A program made the translations under genes and the position numbers. From contig JAAZFE010000124.1 of assembly GCA_012511885.1 (NCBI GenBank), forward strand, positions 1-63,451: a stretch of 63,451 nt of DNA, written 5' to 3'. The notes beneath the pieces were generated by a model. It made no database searches. It was given only the letters and a program-made list of their open reading frames with translations, and was not told where the DNA came from. This stretch comes from Lentisphaerota bacterium (lineage in GTDB: Bacteria; Verrucomicrobiota; Kiritimatiellia; CAIQIC01; Lenti-01). Positions 47,774 to 55,500 of the stretch are shown here, piece after piece; position 1 is the first letter of the stretch, and each line of letters starts with the position of its first letter.

Positions 47774-49665
47774 CGATTCCCCTCCAGGAATCGGAAGCCT
47801 TGAATCAGCTCTACCTCCCGCTCATTGTAAGGCTCGCCATCGGCCTTGAGCACATTCTGTTGCCATAGATCGGGCTCTTGGTCCGACCGGTATTGGGGCT
47901 GTTGAATTTCCAACTGGGTTTTGCCAGCCACCAAACCGCGGTTGAACCACCCCACGCGATACACCGAAAAAAGCGGCAGCATAGTGTCAAAATCATTGCC
48001 GGTCTGGCGCATCAGCCAATCCGAACAGATGATGGGCCGCTGATGGCGTTGCAGAAGTTTCAGCCGGGCCTCCACGCTCTCGACATGGTCGAAGCCTTGG
48101 AAGGCAATCAAATCGGACCGCTCCAGTTTGCGGGCGGTCATCGCACCGCCGAAATCGTGCCAGGCCGATACCGCCAGCGGCTGGGACGCCTCAATTGACC
48201 GCGCCCAATTGAACGTTTGATCCATCAGGGGCAGACTTTCTTCGCCCAGTCCGCTGTTGCCCGCGGTGTTGTACAGGTCCCAATAGAGCACCCGCCCGTC
48301 CCGCCGGAACTTGCGCATGACCTCTTTGACATATTTTTCCAGCTCAGGCCATTGTTCGCGATCGGCAACCGCCGAAGGCGCCGGGCTGGGCACCCACCGG
48401 CTGTTGTGCTCTCCGGGCACCGGCTCGGGCTGCGGCCCCACCACGGGGGCCTGTCCGGCCATGTCCAAATCGTCGAACAGCACGGGCACCACCCGCTGGC
48501 CATGCTTGTTCGCCAGGGAAAGCAGCTTGTCCACCCGATCCAGAAAACCATCCGAATCGTTTTGCCAGACCTCAAACGACAACTGCACGCGGATCGCGGT
48601 ATAGCCCGCCTTGCCCGCCCAACCGAGTTCCTCATCCATAGTGTCGGCATCGAATGTGTCCTTGCACCACATTTCAATCGCATTGACCGCGGTGCGCGGC
48701 ACGTAGTTGACGCCTTTGATCGGGCCCAGCTGGTTGTACCAGTTCCAGAGGCGTTCCTGCCCCCAGCGCCCCCCGGGCTGGCCTTCGGCCGGGCGCGGCA
48801 AAGCCGCGGGCAGTTCAACCGACACCGTGGGGCGGACAATCGGACTGGCATCGGTCACCAGTGCGCCGCCATCCATCTGATAAAACGGCGTGGCCAATCC
48901 CAGGTAGCGTCCAAGGCCGGCCCGGTCCAAACCCTGTATATGGTCCAGGAAAGGTTCCAAATCAGCGAAATACACATTGCACAACTCGAACGTGTGCAAC
49001 TCGGGATGAATGGCCACCTGCTCGGTTTGCAATTCAGCACGTTGCTGCTCCGCCGAGAAAAACAGCGACGCCGCGCCCCCGGCTTCAATTTCGGCCCGCT
49101 CGCCGTTCCGGGAAACCACCGACAACTCAAAGTCGTCGCAATAGACGTCCCAGTTCTCCTTGCCTCGCTGGGCCACCACAAACGCCGCCCCCTGCGCTTC
49201 AACGGTGCCGGCCGCGGTTTCCACCTGAATATCCAGCATGGGCGACGGCGCCCCCGCCTGCACGCGCACCCGCCCCCGATGCAATTGGATGTGAATGCGC
49301 CGAATCAGATCTTCGTTGCTCTTGGGCAGGCCATCGGCCGTATGCCGCAGTTGCCTGAAGGTCAACTCTGTTTGCGGCGCCACGCAAATGATGGCGCCGG
49401 GCGAACACACCATGCAAAGCTGGCCGTCGCGTCCGGTCATCACCCGGGAATGTTCGCCAACCGCCGCGCCTTCGAACAGGTCGCGCACGGTTGTGGCCCC
49501 TTCGTGCACCGGCCCCGTAAAGACACGCACCGTGGCTTTGCCGGTCATGGAGGCCACCACCGCCTCTCCCGTCGGCAGGGCCCCGGCTGCGGGACCGGCC
49601 CAGGCCAACATCATCGCCACCGCACTCCAACGCGCCAGCCATAAAACAGGATTTGTTTTGTTCAT
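47770..49665 (-). CDS. Secreted FecR-like domain fused to a TIM-barrel glycoside-hydrolase-like domain (clan GH-A-like)
   Basis: The ATG at 49665 gives signal peptide MNKTNPVLWLARWSAVAMMLAWAGPAAGA. FecR-like GKATVRVF...MTGRDGQLCMVCSPGAIICVAPQTELTF. C-terminal GVNYVPRTAVNAIEMW...GYTAIRVQLSF...VLYWDLYN. Confidence 0.6.
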   Translation of the reverse strand: MNKTNPVLWLARWSAVAMMLAWAGPAAGALPTGEAVVASMTGKATVRVFTGPVHEGATTVRDLFEGAAVGEHSRVMTGRDGQLCMVCSPGAIICVAPQTELTFRQLRHTADGLPKSNEDLIRRIHIQLHRGRVRVQAGAPSPMLDIQVETAAGTVEAQGAAFVVAQRGKENWDVYCDDFELSVVSRNGERAEIEAGGAASLFFSAEQQRAELQTEQVAIHPELHTFELCNVYFADLEPFLDHIQGLDRAGLGRYLGLATPFYQMDGGALVTDASPIVRPTVSVELPAALPRPAEGQPGGRWGQERLWNWYNQLGPIKGVNYVPRTAVNAIEMWCKDTFDADTMDEELGWAGKAGYTAIRVQLSFEVWQNDSDGFLDRVDKLLSLANKHGQRVVPVLFDDLDMAGQAPVVGPQPEPVPGEHNSRWVPSPAPSAVADREQWPELEKYVKEVMRKFRRDGRVLYWDLYNTAGNSGLGEESLPLMDQTFNWARSIEASQPLAVSAWHDFGGAMTARKLERSDLIAFQGFDHVESVEARLKLLQRHQRPIICSDWLMRQTGNDFDTMLPLFSVYRVGWFNRGLVAGKTQLEIQQPQYRSDQEPDLWQQNVLKADGEPYNEREVELIQGFRFLEGNR

Positions 49666-49692
49666 GGGTTGTACTACCTTCTTCTTTTGGAA

Positions 49693-50157
49693 ATGGCCTG
49701 TCTCATGCTGACCCCTCCCGTTATCGTCACGTTGCTTCTCGAACAACACACGCCAGTCACCTTTCGCGCCAGCGGCCCCAGCATGAATCCCACCCTGCGC
49801 GATGGCGATGTGGTTCAAGTTGTGCCCCCGCCATCCGGGCCCCTCAAGCTGGGCAGCCTCGTGCTCTATCGTCTGTACGGCCGCCTGGCCCTGCATCGGG
49901 TCGTGCGCCGGGATTGCCGAAGCCAACGTTGGTTCATTGTCGGCGACGCGGCCGTCGCAGGCGGCGACTGGATAGCAACCGCCGACATCCTCGGTCTGGC
50001 CACACGCGCTCACCGTCAAGACCGGGTCATTTTGCTGGCCACCCGTCGCGTGCGCTATGCGGGTCGGCTCCGCTTCGCCCTGCGCCCATTGCGGCGCGCG
50101 CTGAATCTGGTGCGACAAGCGCTTCATGCCAGCACCTCTTCCCGCAAGAAAGGGTGA
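49693..50157 (+). CDS. Small S26-family (signal-peptidase-like) serine peptidase, apparently Ser/His (ER/archaeal/SipW) type
   Basis: N-terminal hydrophobic segment, GPSMNPTLRDGDVV (Ser box) and LALHRVV (His where bacterial SPase I has Lys). ATG at 49693; the ORF track starts at TTG 49669. Confidence 0.6.
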   Translation: MACLMLTPPVIVTLLLEQHTPVTFRASGPSMNPTLRDGDVVQVVPPPSGPLKLGSLVLYRLYGRLALHRVVRRDCRSQRWFIVGDAAVAGGDWIATADILGLATRAHRQDRVILLATRRVRYAGRLRFALRPLRRALNLVRQALHASTSSRKKG

Positions 50158-51029
50158 CCGCCCTCCAATAAAGCGACCACATCCGGGGTCCGCCTGAAAA
50201 ACAGCTTGTGGCACGGAACATCCTGCGCGAGCTGATTCAGGCCATCGAGAATCCCCTGACTCCAGGAATCTTCGAACCAGGGCACCGCCGCCACATCCAG
50301 CAAAGCCATACGAATCTGGCTCTCGGGCATCGGCTCCAAACGATCCGTCAATGCCTGGTGCAAAAAGTGAATGTTCCCCAGCGGCACCTCGTCGGGTTCA
50401 GCGTAGCGTTCGGAACCATGCCACGGCGTACCGGCCACGCGCCACTGCCCCTCGCGACGAAATACCACCACGCGGTCATCGTTCAAAATCCGCCACCCAT
50501 TCGCCTCGAACAGCCGGGCGATCGTGGATTTGCCTGCCCCGCTGCGCCCCGTAAACACCTGCCCCACTCCATCGCGCACGGCCACCGACGCATGCAGCAG
50601 CACCCCCCCAACCTTGGCCAGCAATCCCCAGGCCAGAATCTGGTCCAGCGGATACCGCAGGGGCTTGATGCAATCTCCACTCGCCCAGGCGGCGGGATGC
50701 AACCACAACTCCGCTGCGGTAAAGTCGCGCGTGACCCGACAAGACAACCGTTGTTCCTCGGGCGCTTGCAGCCCCACGTGGATGATCCAATCCGAGGCAT
50801 CCTCCCAAATCGCCCAGTGGTTCGGCGCCAACCATAGTGGCGCGCGCGTGGGGCACGGCTCGAAACCGCACACCACCTCCACGGGCAGACGCGCCAGCGC
50901 ATTCCCGGTATCCGTCGAGTGCGCAAAGAACCCGGCATAGGCCGGATCGTCATAGCACAACGCGCCCGGCGCGGTGCTGCGCAAATCAAAGCACAGCGGA
51001 CCGATTTCCAGATGTCCGGTTCTGCTCAC
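50124..51029 (-). CDS. HPr-kinase C-terminal-domain-like P-loop protein (HprK-related kinase)
   Basis: LLHASVAVRDGVGQVFTGRSGAGKSTIARL...NDDRVVV...GTPWHG. GTG start in a GTGA overlap with the peptide ORF stop. Confidence 0.7.
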   Translation of the reverse strand: MSRTGHLEIGPLCFDLRSTAPGALCYDDPAYAGFFAHSTDTGNALARLPVEVVCGFEPCPTRAPLWLAPNHWAIWEDASDWIIHVGLQAPEEQRLSCRVTRDFTAAELWLHPAAWASGDCIKPLRYPLDQILAWGLLAKVGGVLLHASVAVRDGVGQVFTGRSGAGKSTIARLFEANGWRILNDDRVVVFRREGQWRVAGTPWHGSERYAEPDEVPLGNIHFLHQALTDRLEPMPESQIRMALLDVAAVPWFEDSWSQGILDGLNQLAQDVPCHKLFFRRTPDVVALLEGGHPFLREEVLA

Positions 51030-51211
51030 GAGCCCCCCATAAAGATTCGAAACGGAGGCCCCACGCAGGTCGTATCACTGTCCATCTTGCACGAAATGGA
51101 CAGTGTTTCCGTCAAAGCCAAATCCACCCGTTTGATGTCGGGCTTTTCATAGGGCCGTCGGATCACCAACGGCGGGTGTTCCCGCGCCGGGAATGGTTTA
51201 TTCGCTTTCAT
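51026..51211 (-). CDS. Candidate RiPP precursor peptide (61 aa): MKANKPFPAREHPPLVIRRPYEKPDIKRVDLALTETLSISCKMDSDTTCVGPPFRIFMGGS
   Basis: ATGA overlap with the rSAM stop and GTGA overlap with the kinase start. GGAGAG lies 6 nt upstream of the ATG. Leader-like YxxPxI...T motif, 2 Cys in the C-terminal half, C-terminal Ser. Confidence 0.55.
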   Translation of the reverse strand: MKANKPFPAREHPPLVIRRPYEKPDIKRVDLALTETLSISCKMDSDTTCVGPPFRIFMGGS

Positions 51212-52269
51212 ACATTGCTCTCCATTGCCGCGCGATAGCGAAGCTGCGCCGTGCGCCGCATATAATCCGATTCTTCTTCCTCCCGGCCGGTTTCCATCCG
51301 GTTGACCGCAGGACAATGCGCGCAGGCGCCGCGCTCGTCGCCGGTCAGGCAGGTGTCCGTCCGCGTCCAGCGCCGCTCTTGAATGGCGCCGAGTTCCTGC
51401 TCCCAGATTTCGGAGAAAGAACGCCCCGCCGACGCCCGGGCATAGGGTTCCGCCAGGATGCAGGGAGAAAGGTTTCCAAAGGGGTCGGCGTGAAAAGCCG
51501 TCCGCCCCGCGGAGCAGGGGTATAGGCGCTCGTCCGGCGGAACCGCCAGAACTGCTTCAATGCGCTCGCGCCATTGCTTCTTTTGATACGGCGCAGCCAA
51601 GTCCGCCAGCACCGCTTCCTCCGGCGAAATCCGCAGATCCAGCGGCGCCCGCGATCCCCCCTCCAGACAGGGAAACAGCGCCGAATCGTGCCGGAAGGGA
51701 ACTCCGCACCCGGCCGCCTGGCGCTCAAGCTCTTCGAGCTCGGCCAAGTTGGACTTCATCAGCACGGTTTTCAGCTCCACGCGCACGCCCGCCGCCAGCA
51801 GGCGGCGAATCCCCTCCCAGGCGCGACGATGCGATCCGGGATGGCCGGTAATGCCGTCATGCGTGGCGGCCGTCGCGCCATACAGGCTGATTTCCACCTT
51901 GCGCGGCGGATACTCCCGGAACAGCGCCGTGATCTGCTCCGTCACCAGCGTGCCGTTGGTGAACACCGTCACCACCAGGCCCAGCTCGCGGGCATGGCGG
52001 TAAATCTCCGCAAAGTCCGGCCGTAGCAGCGGCTCGCCGCCCGTCAGGGTCAGATAGAGGCATCCGGCTTCGGCCCACTCGGTAAGCGCCTGTTTGACGG
52101 CACCAGTATCCAGCTCGCTCGGCTGCCGGCGGTGCTGTTCGACCTGATCGCCCAGATAGCAGTGAATGCAGTTCAAATTGCAGCGCCGGGTCAGTTCGAG
52201 CGTGGCGGCAATGGGAATGCGCGTTTCCGTGGCACGGGCGCGGAAGGCCTGGTTCCACTCGCGGGTCAT
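51208..52269 (-). CDS. Radical SAM enzyme with a C-terminal SPASM/twitch-like Cys-rich domain (peptide maturase type)
   Basis: ELTRRCNLNCIHCY (CX3CX2C). C-terminal CSAGRTAFHADPFGNLSPC and CLTGDERGACAHC. ATG at 52269. Confidence 0.85.
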   Translation of the reverse strand: MTREWNQAFRARATETRIPIAATLELTRRCNLNCIHCYLGDQVEQHRRQPSELDTGAVKQALTEWAEAGCLYLTLTGGEPLLRPDFAEIYRHARELGLVVTVFTNGTLVTEQITALFREYPPRKVEISLYGATAATHDGITGHPGSHRRAWEGIRRLLAAGVRVELKTVLMKSNLAELEELERQAAGCGVPFRHDSALFPCLEGGSRAPLDLRISPEEAVLADLAAPYQKKQWRERIEAVLAVPPDERLYPCSAGRTAFHADPFGNLSPCILAEPYARASAGRSFSEIWEQELGAIQERRWTRTDTCLTGDERGACAHCPAVNRMETGREEEESDYMRRTAQLRYRAAMESNV

Positions 52270-52286
52270 CGTCTGGAGATCGCAAC

Positions 52287-52568
52287 TCACGTCATCACCT
52301 CCAACATGCCCCGCCGCACAAGCTCTTCGGCAAACTCCACGCAATCGTTGCGGGCCTCCGCCAGCTCCACGTCAAATTCACTTGAGAGCGCCCCGGCCGT
52401 GACCTCGACAGATACCCCCCGGGCCAGACGCGACCAGATGAACTCGCCCGTTTCATTTAGCGGAAACACACAGCTTTCGCGGGCCAGATCGCCGGAAACA
52501 GGAACCAGCAGGCGGTCCGCGCCAATTCGGCGCAAAACAATTTTCCCTTTTGGACGGTATGTCGCCAC
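52287..52568 (-). CDS. PqqD-family protein (RiPP recognition element-like)
   Basis: IVLRRIGADRLLVPVSG...VFPLNETGEFIWSRL...LSSEFDVELAEARNDCVEFAEELVRRGML. The GTG at 52568 lies 17 nt after the giant gene stop; an ATG at 52637 would overlap that gene by 52 nt. Confidence 0.7.
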   Translation of the reverse strand: MATYRPKGKIVLRRIGADRLLVPVSGDLARESCVFPLNETGEFIWSRLARGVSVEVTAGALSSEFDVELAEARNDCVEFAEELVRRGMLEVMT

Positions 52569-52585
52569 AGTCAGTCCGCCTCGAT

Positions 52586-55500
52586 TTAATGTTGAATGGC
52601 CTCGAGGCCGACAAACACACGTCCGTTGGCCGAGCACGGCACACGCGCCCGAATGGTCTCCATCACCTCATCGGGGTCCACCTCCACGTCAAGGATGACG
52701 ATCTCTTCATCGGCAGGCCTCCACGTCACCAGGTCATCCGATATCAACAAGCGGTAGTCCACATCGAGGCTTCGGGCGCGCTGACGCCACTGCACGACAA
52801 GCTCCTCATCATCGCAGGTTGGACATGTACTGCCGCCCTGGGGCTTGACGTCCACTCCCCCCTCCACCGGCTCGACCATGCCATCGTTGTCAAACGCGTA
52901 GACATAGAATCGCTCAGGCGTAGCCGCACTGACTTCCGGATCGGCCAGCTCATCAGGGCTGAACCGTTCCCAGCGCCACTCGGCAAAGTTCTCGGCGATG
53001 CCGCCATCGCCCCGGTTGTTGGCAATGCGCAGCGCCGGATCGCCCAGCAGGTTGTACATGGCATAGGTGGTGAAACTGAACTGGTTGTGCTCCACGCTGC
53101 GCAACGCCTCCAGAACGGCCGGCCCCAGCGTGCCAACCTTCTTCTGCAGCACGACATCGTAGAACGCCAGTCCCAGTTCCTGCGCCAGCTGGTTGTCGGA
53201 GAGACCGGAAGGCCCCCACGCTGCCACCGCGCCGCTGCCGGGTGCGCGCAACAGCGCCTCGCCAAGGCTTTCAATGTTCGGCAAAGGATCCTCGTGATGC
53301 CCGACCAGGCAGCTCAACGCCACCACCAGCATCGGGTACTCGGCATTTTGCAATCCGGGAGCATCCGACGACGCGAGCACATGCTCATTCCAAGCCTGCG
53401 CCGAGCCATGGCCGGTATAGTGCACCATGCCAGCGCCAGTCCGGATGGCGCTGGTCAGGGTGGTTTTCGCCGTCTTGGCATTCATCGCCCTCCGGTCAAT
53501 CCGGATCACCTCGCGTTCCGGTCCGGCCAGCCCTTCGAGAGCGTCATTGACGTCCCCAAAATCGCCCGCAAGCGCATCGGCCTTATCCGAAACCAGCACC
53601 CACCGGCCCAGCCAGTCGCTGCCAAAGCTTTGCTCATATACCTTGATTTTGGCAATCATGGCCGCCAGGTCGCCCGCATCGCGCGCGGGCAGTCGGCCAA
53701 CCGACGCATTCGGAAGCCCGTCGCCATGGTAATCCGTCAATAGGTTGTCGCTCGAGAAAAACCCGTTGTCGGTCTGCACCAGCAGCGGCGGGATATGGTT
53801 GCCGCCAAAATTCTGCGTATCCAGGAAATCATAGTGCCCGCTGCCCGCCAGCAACACCATCCAGGGCGCCTGCGCCCAGGTGGCGTTGGCATACGCCAGC
53901 AGCTCGGAAATGGCCTCCGGCGTGCGCAGGCCACCTGCCATCCAGTCGCACAGGTCCTCGAAGGTCGCCACCCCCACGCGCAGTCCCTGGCTGGCGCGAT
54001 AGTCGGCCAATTCCTGCACCGCCGCCTCCAGTGCGCGCGAAACCACAATCAGATAATCCACGCGGTTGTCGGGGGTCATGAACCACGGATCCTCCGCCAC
54101 CACCTCCAGCGGCAACTGCGGAAGTTCCGCCCATTCCTCCAGAGCATAACGCCGGTCGCTCGACGACGACGCCCAGGCCTTGTTCGGCAGGCCACCATCC
54201 TCGTCCGCAATCCACACGGGCCGGTCATACCGATCCAGCGCCACCACCAGCGGCTGCGTGAAGGCGGGCGCCGCATAGGCGGACATCTTGCCCGGTTCAT
54301 GGAACACCGGATTCCCCTCGGGGGTCAGCTCGCGCGCAAAGGTGGCCTCGATCCAGTTGACCACAAAAAAGCTGTACGAGTGCCCCTCTTGGAGCACACC
54401 CTTCACCTCGAACGTGTTGAGCCCGTTGCTCGCCAGAGTAATCGGCGCCAGCAACTCAACCGTGCACACTTCCTGATCGTCGAAAGTCGCCGATCCGATC
54501 CATTCGCCATTGAAGCGGAACTCGGCCAGGTGGTCCGGCCCGCCTGGCGTGCTCGACCAGCCCTGCAAGCTAACCTTGATCGCCACATCGCTGCCGGCAA
54601 AGCCCCGCAAATCAAGCGGGAACGACTTCACCGAGGCGGCATTCTCCGTAGGAGCGCTGATCACATAATCCCAGTAATAGAAATCGTCCGGCAGGTTGTT
54701 CACTGTGTTGAGATAATAGTTGTCCTCCTCGAAGCGCACCCGCGCAGGCAACACATCGTCGCCGTGCGTCGCGCCCGGCTCGCGCCGCGTCATGCTCTGC
54801 CCGTCGCCAACGGAAATCATTACGACATTGCCGCGCGCGTACCAGTTGTCGGTGGCCCGACCGTGGAAAATCAGGCGACCGTTGACCGCGTCATGGATGG
54901 ATGGCACCACGTCGCCCTCCACCGACAAGGCCAGGCGTTGCGCGTGAGCCAGCGCCTCCACGGCTTCCAGTTCCTGCCCCATGCCCTCGGCAAGTTCCGC
55001 CAGACTCAGGGCATAGAGCCCCGCCTTGGGATAGGACGCCTTCAAGACGCTCGAAGGCCCTGCCAACCCGACAGGCGCGGCCGGTTTGGCCAGAACGGCG
55101 CGCTTCCGCGACGAATCGGCCGCCGCCGCGCGAGCCGCCAAAGCCGCGGGCGGTGGCGCGCCAAACGTGAGCTCGTACGTGCCGAGATCATTGACCATGC
55201 CTGACATCTCGACCTCCTCGAGACGGTACCAGCCGGTGCCGCCTGCTTCCGCTTGCGGGTCCTCCCACTCGTACAGGCCACCGGCAGAACTCAGCACCGA
55301 CGTCACCAGCCGCGGCGTCACCAGCTCCCCGGCATCGTCCTCGCCGGCAAGGCGATAAATCCGGAAGCCGGCCGTATGCCACTCCGAATCCGTTTGCCAT
55401 GCGACAACCCCGGCGTCCCCGCGCGCCTCGCCCCACACATCCACCAGGGTCACCCGCGTCGGTTTCAATGGTATCAGCCCCAAATCAATCGTCAGGTTGG

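Noticed and set aside
35941-49644. Other long + strand ORFs inside the glycan locus (for example 35941-37152, 44172-45413, 46442-47758, 48217-49644)
   Set aside because: They are antisense to motif-bearing minus-strand genes that are chained by start/stop overlaps. They have no motifs of their own.
49666-50214. 183-aa N-terminal extension of the FecR-glycosidase ORF
   Set aside because: It overlaps the S26 peptidase gene on the opposite strand. An internal ATG at 49665 yields a clean signal peptide.
49693-52568. Calling the cassette a lasso-peptide biosynthetic gene cluster
   Set aside because: The leader motif, the HprK-like kinase, PqqD and the remote NTP_transf_5 gene all recall kinase-type lasso clusters. 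But no Asn-synthetase-like cyclase and no transglutaminase-like B2 protease is present in the 63 kb. I therefore report it as an unclassified RiPP-like system.
52287-52637. ATG at 52637 as the PqqD start
   Set aside because: It would overlap the last 52 nt of the giant gene and add an unconserved-looking Cys/Arg-rich N-terminus. The GTG at 52568, with an upstream GAGG, is preferred but remains uncertain.
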